Shown here piece by piece: positions 1-12,508 of a DNA stretch of 64,000 bases; the first letter of the stretch is position 1, and each line of letters starts with the position of its first letter. Location of the stretch: the NCBI RefSeq assembly GCF_006345805.1, contig NC_043000.1, positions 86,428,001 to 86,492,000 on the forward strand. Reading direction: 5' to 3'. Under the pieces are notes generated by a model. The model did not search any database and was not told the DNA's origin. It saw only the letters and a program-made list of their open reading frames with translations. Origin of the DNA: Octopus sinensis. Its lineage: Eukaryota. The translations under genes and the position numbers were made by a program.

Positions 1-14
1 ATCTACGTATCTAT

Positions 15-48
<34 letters not shown>

Positions 49-360
49 TAATGAATGACAAAAGAACAAGTATTATATAATCATTTTCATTAGCTTACAG
101 CTGTTTCTGCAATAGGAAACACTGCACACAGAGCTGAGTCCTCACATCACTGCTTGGTTTGTTTACACCTCAGTAACTTACATTTGCCAAAAGCGATCAA
201 TAGAATATGTACCTAATTTCAAAATGGTATTCAATGACTGAAACAAGTAAAAAACAAAAGATATGCACACACATATGTTACATGTATGTTACATATATGT
301 GCATACATACATCATCTCCTTCCTCAGAGAAAGAATTTGAATAATTAAAAACAGAAGAGA

Positions 361-392
<32 letters not shown>

Positions 393-397
<5 letters not shown>

Positions 398-654
398 CGA
401 CGTTCATGTTCATGTACTTGACTCAACAGGTCTCCTCAAGCACAGCGGGACGTTCTGGGATCCGGGGTACTTTGAATGGGCAGGGGCTATGCGGAACTGA
501 TGCAGGAAGCAGCCCGTGACTGCAAAGACCCGGGCTGCTTCCTGCATCAGTTCCGCATAGCCCCTGCCCATTCTAAGTACCCCGGATCCCAGAACGTCCC
601 GCTGTGCTTGAGGAGACCTGTTGAGTCAAGTACATGAACATGAACGTCGAAATA
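393..654. repeat. Near-perfect inverted repeat (124-bp arms, 14-bp spacer)
   Basis: 393-516 is the reverse complement of 531-654 with one mismatch (gtactttgaatggg vs gtacttagaatggg); spacer tgactgcaaagacc. Confidence 0.95.
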
Positions 655-1139
655 AATATCAATGGAAATAGTAGTTATGATGCCTGTGCCAGTGGCACAT
701 AAAAAGCACTATCCGAACGTGGCCAATGCCAGCGCCGCCCCAACTGGCTTCTGTGCCAGTGACACATAAAAAGCACCATCCGAACGTGGCCGATGCCAGC
801 GCCGCCCCGACTGGCCCCTGTGCCGGTGGCACATAAAAAGACCATGCGAACATTGCCAGCTCCGCCTAGGCTGGCTTCTGTGCCGCTGGCACGTTAAAAG
901 CTCCAACCGATCGTGACCGATGCCAGACCCCCCCTGGCACCTGTGCAGGTGGCACGTAAAAAGCACTCGCTACACTCGCGGAGTGGTTGGTGTTAGGAAG
1001 GGCATCCAGCCGTAGAAACTCTGCCAGATCAGACTGGAGCCTGGAGCAGCCCCTGGCTTCCCAGATCCCGGTTGAACCGTCCAACCCGTGCTAGCGTGGA
1101 AAACGGACGTTAAACGATGATGATGATGATGATGATGAT
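531..1139 (+). mobile_element. Non-coding retroposon sharing the RTE LINE 3' tail, with internal 60-67 bp tandem units
   Basis: gctgtgcttgaggagacc motif, tandem units at 684-966, then ggttggtgttaggaagggcatccagccgtagaaac...ccaacccgtgctagcgtggaaaacggacgttaaa(cgat/gat)n, matching the 3' end of the RTE at 14060-14309. Confidence 0.75.
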
Positions 1140-2679
1140 ATCATAAATATATGCATCAACTGCACAGTTTGAATATCAAGGATTTTAATTTTCAATTTTT
1201 ACACAAAATATAGCAAGACAATTCTAATTCTCTATTCACATGTTACTGCATAGAGGGTAGTGCATTCTTATTTTGGCTAAGTAGAAATTAGCTATTGAAC
1301 TGAGAGTTAACATATCTTCTCAATTTCAATGTAAAAATGATTGCAACAGTTCTATTAAGAACAAAAAGAAATTTAGAGACTAAATTTTGAAAGAATCAAT
1401 TTGAGACGTAAAACTAAATTACTTAAAGAAAAAAAAAAGAGAGAATCTTACATTGAATTCAGAATAAACTTAAATTTCTGTCATGAATAAAATTGATGAA
1501 GACAAGCATATTTAATACTTTCAAATATATTTTTAATTGTGTAAAGAAACAAGATTTCTTATCATTAACAAGTATGATGTTGAATATAATTTTATAAATA
1601 CTTACATTTTATTGCTAATTGTATTCTTTTGTTTTATACTCTATAAATTGCAACAAAAAGAATGGTATGTTTCTCATAAGGTACACAATGAAATGTTTAT
1701 TGCATACTTGAACACAAGGTCTATGTGCTTGCAGTTTGGCACCTTATCCACTCAGCCCAGATGCTAATCTAATTACATGAAATCACTTTACCTTTGCTTT
1801 GCTTCTATCTTTTAATGAAAGAAGCCACAAAGTTTAGGGAGGGGAGAGAGAGAGAGAGAGAAAGAAAGAAAGAAAGAAAACGATGGAAAGAATTAGTGGG
1901 GATAGGTAGTTCCTTAGAAGATACTTTTAATAAAAGGTAGATTAATCAAAATAAGAATTTCTAGTGGTGGTTGCTAACCAAAGGTTACACTCCAAAAATC
2001 TTGGATATATCCTACTCATAAAGCAACATACACACAAACACACACATATATACATACATAAACAAGACATCGATGATTTCTAAGGATCCAATTAAAATCT
2101 AGAAATGTTAATGTCTTTTCTTTCTGCTTAGCCCCACTGAATTTGTTAAGATTTCACTTAAGAGAATTTCTTAGGTTTCATAAAAAGGCATTGAAATTAG
2201 TTTTGAAGATGATGATGGTAATAATGAAGCTGATGATAATGATGATGAAGATATGAAAGACGAGAAAGAGGAGGGGAAGAATCATACAGATTATGATGAG
2301 GAAGAAGAAGAGAGAAATGAAAGATGACAGTGGTATTGTTCAAAGCATTTCTGTCAAACATACTTGTCCAGACAAACGATGTATAAATGAAGAATTATTT
2401 GTGGATTTTAATTTATAAAATTTATTAAACAAATATTTGAACAAAACCATTTTTTCAGCTCCTTTAACAGAACACTGAAAAAAAAAAAACTAAAAAACAA
2501 ATAGAACACTGTATAACAGTGCTAGAGCATAATGTGTAGAAACATCAGTTTCAGCTGGTAGCAATATTAGCATCATTGCCTTTCGTATACTTTTTCTATG
2601 CTTGTGACAATATTTTCATTTTCACATGAACAAGGCTTAGAAAATGAAACTTGTAATCTTGTGTTTAGATCAATTTCAT

Positions 2680-3572
2680 TGTGTTGAGTCAAAAGTTTTG
2701 GCAGCTTAATTGCTTTATTCATAAAGTTACAACAAAAGAAAACCTAGCACATAAAGTAAAGGCCATCATGTTGTACCATCCGAAACCACCTCTCTGACAG
2801 TTCTGTGATCCCACACTGATACCAGATCTTGTTCTTCAACTTCTTTACTGAAGCTTCCACTCCTGTTGGTTGATGAAGCATCCTGAACACAGAAAGCAAG
2901 CCATGGATCAGAGCAAGTAATAATCTGAGTGAGATATTTTTCCACAATCCTAATGTGCATAAGCAGTGGTTAAGCAAAGGCCAGCTTCCAGAACCTGTTG
3001 CCAAGCATGAGAGTTTCAAACACAAGGTGATGCTCTGTATTCAGTGGAACCAGGAGAGGATAATTCACTATGAGTTTGTTCCTGATAGTCAAGCCATCGA
3101 TACCAACTTGTACTCTGAACAGCTAGAGCAGGTGTATGCTATTGTGCAGCAAAAATACCCAGTATTGGTTAACAAAAGGCAAGCTCTTCTGTAGTAAGAC
3201 AATACAAGACCTCACAATGCTTGAATGACCTGGAATAAGCTCCAGGATCTTGAGAGAGTTGAACTGATGCCACACTCAGCATATAGCCTGGACTTAGTTC
3301 ATTTGAATTATTAATTGTTCCAATCCATGGCTCTCTTCCTGCACTTGTGATGCTTCATCAACCAAGGGGAGGTGGAAGAATCACTGAAGGGATTCTTTAC
3401 CTTGAAGGACAAGAACTTGTATCAGCATGGAATCAAAGAACTGGCTGAAGAGTGGCTTTAGACAGTGCAACACAAAGGCTTCTACTTTGAATGCAAAGCT
3501 GCTTTTATTGTAACTTGATGAATAAAGCAAATAAATTAACAAAATATTGCAAAACTTTTGATTCAACACATA
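2680..3572 (+). mobile_element. Decayed mariner transposon with an inverted second 3' end
   Basis: Plus strand 2955-3490: KVMLCIQWNQERIIHYEF...DNTRPH...HSAYSLDL...GIKELAEEW (mariner DDD domain, with stops). Minus strand 2744-2935 repeats the C-terminus (GITELSERWFRMVQHDGLYF). Termini gtgttgagtcaaaagttttg / caaaacttttgattcaacac are inverted. Confidence 0.85.
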
Positions 3573-4079
3573 ATTATTTTTCATTTACATTATATACAAC
3601 ATATTTTGCATTCCTCCATTGAACCCACCTACAACATTTTTCTTCATTTTTTTAAATATATAGTATTATATGTCTGAAGCACTATTTCCTTTTCATTGTA
3701 AATTAATTTATCATGTATATTTTGATTAAACCATCATTAGGTAATCTTAAAACATTTTATGCACATTTATAACAATTTTCAATGTATTCAAATGAAGTTA
3801 GATTTCCGTGTGACCTATTGAGGTTAAAAGTTAAATATTCTTGAAAGTTACTTTGTTACCATTCTTTGAGCTGTTACCATTAACTAGTCCATTAATTAGT
3901 TTATAGTTTACATAGTCAACCTTTCCTGATTATTTCAAGTTTTCCCAGAAAGTAAGTTTCAATCAAATTCCACAAAGCAACCAAGAAAATTACTTGCTAA
4001 AGGTCATTGTATTAGATAAGCAGCAATACAGAGAGAAATCACTTTATTATTGTGTGTGTGTATGCACACATATATATAC

Positions 4080-6254
4080 AAGTGCATATCATCAAGCTGA
4101 GATTCCAGTTGAAGATCGACCTTACATGGCTTTCAAAGCACAGGGAAATTGTATCAAAGCAAACGTATTGCTTTCGGACTTGCAAATGCAGTGATCTGTT
4201 TCCAGAGAGTAATCAATAATATAATCGAGAGCCATAACTGTAGAGCTACTTTTGCATATATTGACAACATAACTGTGTGTGGTAAATCAAAGGAAGAACA
4301 TGGTCAAAATTTTAAACATTTTCTTCAAGTTGCTAAAGACTGTTGGTCTATTTGTGTATTATTCCAAATGGATTCCAAAATTCTCTGACAAAATAAAACT
4401 GTTGGTTGATACTAAATATTTTCCTTTGAGTGAAGAAGCCATGTCAAGTTTAAAAACTTTACGAGATGATTCAGCAAATACTACCTTAAAAGTGATTGAT
4501 AAAAGCCTTCCTTTCTCAATAGAAACAGGTGCATTGGAGGTAGCTATATCTGGCATTTTACACCAAAATGGAAAGTCAGTTGCATTTTTTCAAGAACCCT
4601 CAACCCGAATGAGCGTCATTATTCTTGTATTGAAAAAGAGGCAACAACAATTGTGGAATCTGTGAGAAAATGATATCATTTTCTTCTTGGACGTAACTTC
4701 ACACTAATAACTGATCAAAACAGTGTTGTTTTATGTTTAATTGTCAAAAGTGCAGTAAACCTAGAAACAAAAAGATAATGTGTTGGCGAATCAAACTAGT
4801 CCAGTATAAATTTGATATCATTTACCACCAAGGCAAGTTTAATGTTGCATCTGATGCTTTATCGCATACCTATTGTGCAGCTATGACTGATAATGAACTG
4901 TACCGTGTTTATGCAGCACTGTGTCATCCTGCGATCACATGATTGTTTCATTATATTAAAGTTAAGAATCTACCATACTGTGTAGATGATGTAAAGTGTA
5001 TAACTAACAATTGTGTAATATGTTGTGAGGTGAAGCCTCGCTATACTAAAACCTCTATTTCATCAGTAATTAAATCTACTCAAGCTTTTGAAAGATTGAG
5101 TGTTGATTTTAAAGGACCCCTACCTTCAGTGTCAAAGAACCATTATTTTTTAACTGTTGTGGATGAGTATTCATGTTTTTGTTTATTTTTCCATGCACTG
5201 ATACTAGTGCTCATTCCATTATTAGTAATTTGAAATTTTTATTTCATCTTTTCAGATTTCGTGCTGTTTTTCATAGTGATAATGCTAAATGTTTTGTACC
5301 TAAAGAACTTAAACAATTTCTGTATGATAGAGGCATAGCAATTACTCATTCTACTGTGTACAATTCTCGTGGAAATGTTCAATGTGAAAGGTATAATGGA
5401 GCAATATGAAATTTACCAGTTTCTCAATAGGAAGTCATGCTTTCAGAAGTTTTACATTCGCAACGTTCATCGTTATGCACAGCATCTAATGAGACCCCAC
5501 ATGAGAGATTCTTTAAATTTCCTAGACGTTCTATGAGTAGTGTTTCTGTTCCTATTTGTTTAATGCAAGGACCTGAAAAAGTGCTTGTTAAATGACATGT
5601 AAGTATGATCCATTAGTAGATGAAGCCCAATTGGTACAAATTAGCCAAACATAACCTATTTCTTTATTACCTACAAGGGGCTAAACACAGAGGGGACAAA
5701 CAAGGACAGACATAGGTATTAAGTTGATTACATCGACCCCAGTGCGTAACAACTGGTACTTAATTTATCGACCCAGAAAGGATGAAAGGCAAAGTCGACC
5801 TCAGCGGAATTTGAACTCACAACGTAACGCAGACGAAATACCGCTAAGCATTTCGCCCGGCGTGCTAACGATTCTGCCAGCTCGCCGCCTTATTAGCCAA
5901 ACATAACCATGATTGACTCACGGTTATGTTTGTATTTTGTTGGTTAATTGTTCTTTTTTTTTTAGGAGGGAAAAATGTTGTGATTTTAGTTTTGATCACG
6001 TGACTTTGATTGTCTCGATTTCTGTTATTTGCCTACAGTGCAACTGTTCAGAGTTCTGTTCTGTTTATGGCACAACGTGTTCAGTGCTCGTTTTTAGTTA
6101 GTCAAGACTGTAGCAACTTGCTGCATAAAGCTATTATTGTGTTGAAGTGTAGTTTTGCTTATAATTTAACAATCTTTGTTTGTACTATAGATTATTGTAT
6201 TTTTTAGATGATTAAACCTTTTAAACTTAGATATTCCAGTTTGGGTTTATAACA
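4080..6254 (+). mobile_element. Gypsy/Ty3 LTR retrotransposon remnant (RT-RNaseH-integrase plus 3' LTR)
   Basis: Frameshifted pol in Gypsy order: SAYHQ...FGLANA...YIDNITVCG (RT), PFSIETGA...AISGILHQNGKSVAFF (RNase H), FERLSVDFKGPLP...VVDEYS...HSDNA...GNVQCERYNG (integrase). Polypurine tract aggagggaaaaa at 5964-5975, then putative LTR TGTT...AACA at 5976-6254. Confidence 0.9.
5657..5891 (-). mobile_element. tRNA-derived SINE monomer inserted in the Gypsy element
   Basis: Minus strand aggcggcgagctggcagaatcgtt (A box)...gagttcaaattcc (B box)...gtcgactttgcctttcatcc; 17-bp TSD attagccaaacataacc at 5640-5656 and 5892-5908. Confidence 0.92.
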
Positions 6255-6969
6255 CAGTAATCAAGGAAAACTAACTAAAGAGAAAGAGAGAAAAATATTT
6301 AAGTATGAACACACACAAATAAAGCAAACAATCATAGCGAAAGAGACATTTTATAGATGTAACATTCTCTATTATTCCCCCAACTAAGAAGATAATATTT
6401 AGATAATGCAATACTATAGAGCAAATTGTATATTAAAAGGCACAACCAAATTGAATGTAATTTTTTTTTAGCAATGATGATCCAGTCCTAAGCTACATTT
6501 TGAGATAAAATAATTGAGATTTGGTTCATTAAAAAGAAAGTTAAGTCAAAAATGGGAGAGTGAGGCAAAAGTTTGACTTGAATCAAAACACATCAGTTAT
6601 TTTAAAAGCAAAGTATAAATTAATTGGGTTTAAAAGAACATGCTCATTAAGAAGTATCTTTTGATGAAAACCTTGTTAAAAAGTATTAGCTACAAAAAGA
6701 ACAGGGTAGCTTTAAGTGACAAAAACAAAATGGTAACCACAAAACTGATTTTGAATCAAAATATCTCAGCTATAGTAAAAGTAAACAATACAACAGTTGT
6801 ATTCAAATGAAAGAGCCTAATGAGAAGAATCTTATGGTGAAATTTCAAAACTATCCAGCATTGCACCTTATAAATAATGATTGTGCAATTTGCCTTTTAC
6901 TCTAAGAGAGAAATACTTTGTTGCCAGTAGAGGTAATAATTTTTTGAATATTATATGCCCCAATTTTAT

Positions 6970-7326
6970 TCAGGATGTTTGCAAAAGGGATATGAAGGCC
7001 TGCAACATCAATATTAGCGGTTGGGAAGCAATTGCCAGCAACCGTAGAGATTGGCAACGTACCGTAAAAGAGGGAATACAAAGGAGTGACAGAGAGAGAG
7101 AGGAGAAATGGAAAGACAAGAAAAGACGTCAACAAGAAACTATGACATTACAACCAGCCAGGAACAGTCTTCGCTACATTTGTGGTACCTGCCAGAGGGA
7201 GTGTTTGTCCAGGATAGGACTACACAGCCACAGCAGAAAGTGTATCAGGATATGAAATGTAAAAGCCAGACTGGACTATTTTATGCACAACTCCATTGTC
7301 TCCCGAGACAAAAAGGATGCCAACAA
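6970..7326 (+). mobile_element. RTE-clade LINE 3' fragment
   Basis: DVCKRDMKACNI...WEAIASNRRDWQRTV...CGTCQRECLSRIGLHSHSRKC (C-terminal C2H2-like motif), followed by an RTE-type 3' end ccattgtctcccgagacaaaaaggatgccaac. Confidence 0.85.
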
Positions 7327-8064
7327 TATTCAGGTAACTCTGCTTCTGGAACACTCACCTCCACTATTAATTAGGTTATCTAGGCATCAAAAGCTATCAT
7401 CTACTTTTAGGGAGTTTTCCAAGCATTTGGAAATTAATCTCATCTTCTCTTGGCTTTCACTCAGGTCAGGAATATCATTACAGGCTGATGAGACCTACTA
7501 CTGGTACCATCTAAACCAGTGGTACCTGTTTCATGGTTGAGTGGTTGATGATTAAACCAGCTCGCACACTTGAGTAACTTGCTACACTTGTGAGGTGGGT
7601 GTTTGAATACCTGACAAGACTAAAAACAAGATGTATTGAAGGGTAGATGAACTTGTGGGCCAACAACCACCTAGATGGGGAAGACAATGGCAAACCACTC
7701 CAATATCTCTGCCAAGAAAACACAATGAGAAAGTCAGAACAAAGTTCTGCTATAGCATCATCTGACAGAACTTGTGCTTCATTGTGAAGACTTTTGTTGT
7801 TGTGTCATTAGCATGTGGCAAAAATGTATGATATATAATGAGACGACTCTTAACTGCTAACTATTCTTGTTCCTTTGGTAGTCTGCCTTCCCAGATATCC
7901 TGTTTGTCATCTTACAATAGATCTTGTGCATCCATTGTTTACAATGGAACAATGTATGGAATACCAGCCAACTTTTTGACTACACATCGAATATAGGCAA
8001 TTCCTTAATGGCAGTAGGATCTTGTCTTGTGCCTGCTAACTGAAATACTAGTCTTTGCTAAGGT

Positions 8065-8559
8065 TTATTTCATTCTTTTACTTGTTTCAAAGACTAGACT
8101 AGAGCCATGATAGGGCACCCATCTTGAAGGGCTGAGGTTGAAGAAATTGCCTCAGTACTTATTCTTTTTTAAATATAATTTAAATAAATTTTCTTGTCTA
8201 ATTTAAAGAATCTTTTATTCTTTTTAAACCTAGTACTTATTCAGTTGGTGTCTTTTTGTTGAGTTACTAAGATGTAGGGATGTAAACAAGTCAAGCAGTT
8301 GTCAAGCAGTATCAGGACAAACACAAAGACACACACACATGCACACATGCATACATATATACATAAACACATACATACACACATGCTTACATATATACAT
8401 TAACACACACACACACACATATATATATAGACATTAGGAAGGGCATCCAGTTGTAGAAACCTTGCCAAATCAGATTGGAACCTGGTGCAGCTCCCCAGCT
8501 TACCAGTTTTCAGTCAAACCATCCAACCCTTGCTAGTATGGAAAATGGATGTTAAATGA

Positions 8560-8617
<58 letters not shown>

Positions 8618-9105
8618 GTGTGGAGGCGCAATGACCCTATGGTTAGGGCAGCAGACTCACGGTTGTAGGATCGCGGTTTCGATTCCCAGACTGGGTGTTG
8701 TAAGTGTTTATTGAGCAAAAACACCTAAAGCTCCATGAGGCTCCGGCAGGGGGTAGTGGCGATCGCTGCTGTACTCTTTCGGCACAACTTTCACTCTTTC
8801 TTCTATAGGCCTGCTCGCTTAGCCAGCGGGGTGGCGTCATTTGAAGGCTAAAACAATGCGAAGCGCATTGTGACCAGCGATGTGTAGCAACATCTGATAG
8901 CCTGGTCGGTCACGGTGATATACATATATGTAAAGATAAGCATGTGTGTGTGCATGTACAATGGGTTTACACACAGGTTTTGTCTACCACATTCACACTC
9001 AAGGCATTGGTTGACCAAGGGGTATAGAAGTAGACACTTATCCAAGGTGCCATGTAGTTGGACTGAACCCAAAACCACCCAGTTGGGAAGAAAACTTCTT
9101 AACCA
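8065..9105 (-). mobile_element. Degraded SINE split by nested insertions in its central microsatellite
   Basis: Tail part about 8065-8330 and head part about 8960-9105 match the SINE at 52731-53119. An RTE-tail fragment (8434-8563) and another SINE (8620-8917) lie between them. Confidence 0.65.
8620..8917 (+). mobile_element. tRNA-derived SINE (resembles octopus OR-type)
   Basis: gtggaggcgcaatgaccctatggttagggcagcagactcacgg...ggtttcgattccc tRNA-like head; the first ~190 bp are shared with 38768-39075. Confidence 0.8.
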
Positions 9106-10986
9106 TCTGTGTCTGTGCTTTTTGACTGTACAATTTTGAATTTCCTCCCTGTATCTTTGACTTATTCTATTATAAGAGCTTAATCATTGTCATGCAAGAA
9201 TTCCATTGGGCAACCAGTCTAATTCCTCACTTAAGGCCTAGAGGACTATAATATACCGAAAGGGGCTGAGAGGAAAGCCTTGATTTACACCACCAGAACA
9301 CATGTAAAACAAAATATGTACTTACTGATAGAGGGATATAAATAATGATAAGCAGATTGGTCCAGTAAGACAAATTACAAAAATCATCTTCTAAATATAT
9401 ATATTTTTAAATACATTGTGGCTGTCATTTCTAATGATGATAATAACTGATGAGAAGCATAATAAAGAGACAGGATGTCTATTGAACATAGTGGAACTGA
9501 TAGAAAAGACCAATCTGATAAAGCATCCTTATTAAATTACCTAGTTTGGTGCCTGATGCTATAAAGATGGAGTCAAGATGGATCAGTGCTGAGACATGTG
9601 ATGGATCAAACAGGGAAGAAAATGGAAAGATGGAAAGAAGGAAGGGTGGAGAAAGGAAGGAAGGAGAAACTTGATAAGTAACCAATGAAAGTCATACTGT
9701 GGAACACTGAACAGCAGAGATGGAAGATAGAATGGCCAACGAAGAAGTGAATTAGCAAAAATGACTTTCATAGTTGTTCATGTAACATAGAAATGATGAA
9801 GTAAGAGTTAACCATTTCATTTCTACAGTGATATCATATAGATGTTTGGTTCTTAAATAAAAGAGTGATATTTGTACGCAAAAGAAAAAAAATGATTTTG
9901 TTTATTGCTTTCTCTCTCTCTCTCTCACACATGCATACGCACACACACACACACACACACACACAAACAAGCAAATACATATACACACTTTGCTATCAAT
10001 AATCCAAATTAATTAACACAAGAGAATTAAGTGCCAACACAATGTGGCTGGCATGATAAGTTTCATTAATCAAAACTATATCCGTATTGAGGAGAGGTAA
10101 GCAGTGTTGGACAATGACTAACTCAACCAAAGGAAGGATAATAACTAAATATATAAAAATATCCTGTTCATAAAAAGAAAATAATTTTTTCTGAAATGGA
10201 TTGATGCACCAGAGTCCTAATTAATAAAACTTGGAAGCAGGCAATATAGTAAGGGGGAAGAACTGTTTGATCTTTGCTAAATAAAGGGACAACTGAGATG
10301 TTTCATTATAATCAGACCTTCTTAGCAAACATAAATACTCAAATGTCTGTCTGTGCAACAGTGTACATATAATATAACCTGCAGATCAACACTTCCAAGA
10401 AAGACATGAACTAGGAGAAAATTCCTGAGGACCACTGTCCTGTGGTAGAAAGAATGGGAATAATGGTCATTGCAAGGAAAGATGGAGAGATGAGAGGATC
10501 AGGGGTTCCTAAGTGGTGGAAGTATGAAACCAGCCAGCTCTGAACCTGAAGCCATGTGTCCATATAGCCATTTCTCTCAAGAATGCATCAATATTTTCTT
10601 TTAATGGATGTAGACTCCATAAATAATTTCCTTCTAAAATATATTACAGATAATTATTGCATGGTGCCTCTCTTTAATTCTCTCTCCTGACAAATATTCT
10701 CATTAGAATATTTCACACATTTTCTTAGTATCCAATTGTCAGTTAGTCTGCCTTAAAAAGAGAATGGTGTTGCTTTCAAGTCTATCAAAGAGTCAGTTGT
10801 TTAAGTTTCTGATGTTTAAGTGAAAGTTTATCACAAATCAAAGGCTTGTATAACATGTGTAATGTTTGATAAAAACAGAATAAGAACAGCATAATTATGG
10901 TCTCTGGATCATAAAATAAAGGCTAAAATTGAAAGCCTACTTTTCTAATGTTAATGTAACAGATCTTAGAATAAATTATAATGTTT

Positions 10987-11398
10987 AGGCACAGGCATAG
11001 CAATGTGGTTGAAAAATTCACTTTCTGATCATGTGGTTCTGGGCTGAGTTCTTCAGTGTGGCAACTTAGATAGGTGTCTGCTTCAGTAACCCAAGCCAAC
11101 TGAACAATTTTGGGTGGATTTGGTAAACAGACTATATGGAACAATTGTGTGTGTGTGTGTATTTATTTCCTTATATGACATTAAATGATAGCTATAAACA
11201 AGTATCACTGTCATACAAGCAGTATCATTCATTATCACTCTTCTGTGAAAACATGCCCAGTCAGGAGAATATATTAAACTGCTTGTAAATAAGTGAGGGT
11301 TGGCAACAGGAAGGGCATCTAGCCATAGAAAATTTGCTTTAACAAATTCTCTCTGACCTATGCAAACATGAGAAAGAACATATTAAGATGATGATGAT
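10987..11398 (+). mobile_element. Degraded tRNA-derived SINE with RTE-like (GAT)n tail
   Basis: ggcacaggcatagcaatgtggtt head, central (TG)n, tail ...caacaggaagggcatctagccatagaaaat...taagatgatgatga. Confidence 0.65.
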
Positions 11399-12508
11399 CC
11401 TGATTCATGATATGTTAGAGCCAATTAAACTGATTACATCCCTTCTTTCAATGTCTGACCTCGTTTGCTAAGAAGCAGCAGTGAAGTTTTGATGAACCAA
11501 GTCTGTAATCTAGTTTTCATTCCCAGTCAGAGCAAATGGAGAAGATAATTCAAATAGCAATGATCTCAAACCTTCATGCAAGAATTAATTTATGAAGCCA
11601 TAGCTACTGTGAACTGAATCAGCAGCTTAATATTTATTCCAACTTCAAACCATTTCATTTATGTCATAAATATCCTTGATAAAGTTATAAATGTTTATAA
11701 TGTTTCCTATTTATTATAAAATTAACTTCAAAGTAAATGACACAAATATAATCTGAAATTTTCATTTGCTAACAATACTCAGTTTTGCTTCTCAAATTTC
11801 TGTGTTCAAATCCTACCTAAGTTATATCTTCTACCTTTTATCCTTCTTTGATTACCAAAATAAGCTTTATGATAGAGTCATTAAGTTACTCTACCCTTTA
11901 AACATTATCCTTCTAATGAAGATAACTTAGCAAGAAGTCAACTTTATTTTCAGTTATATTATTTGAATGAAGGTAAGTGTATGCTGTCCTTACAGTTTCA
12001 GAATGTGAACTGGTGAGCTTCATTCAATAATCCAACATCTTGATCATTGCTTTTAACCCATCAATGGTCCATAAAATCAAATAATATCTCATTAAATACT
12101 AGGAGCAATTCAGTTGACTATATGTTTCCCTCAGTGCCAGACCTATAAAGCAGTAATTCTCAAATGGTGTGCTGCAACATACTGGTGCACCTAAAGGGAT
12201 ATCTAGGAGCACTCATCATCATCGTTTTAATGTCCTCTTTTCCTTGTATGCATGAATCAGATGGAATTTGTTGAGGCAGATTTGTTATAGACTGATACCT
12301 TTCATGTCATCGACTTCCAAGCAAAATCATATTACTCCATGTCCAAGAATGTTTTTCACAGAAGTTTGGAAAAAAAAAAACATTATTTCTATGATAATAA
12401 TGCTTGTTTATAACCATCATGTGATGTACACACAAACACATATATACATACATGAATACATACATATGCACACACACACACACACATACACACACACACA
12501 TGTATATA

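Noticed and set aside
684-966. CRISPR-like appearance of repeats with variable inserts
   Set aside because: Variable parts are only about 7-11 nt and related to each other; no cas genes; the array sits in a eukaryotic retroposon.
7485-7540. Possible hammerhead ribozyme (ctgatgag followed by a 10-bp stem)
   Set aside because: No GAAA core after the stem and no closing helices found.
8620-8700. tRNA genes suggested by A/B boxes here and at other SINE heads
   Set aside because: They continue into SINE bodies, often with TSDs, and show no convincing full cloverleaf or Pol III terminator.
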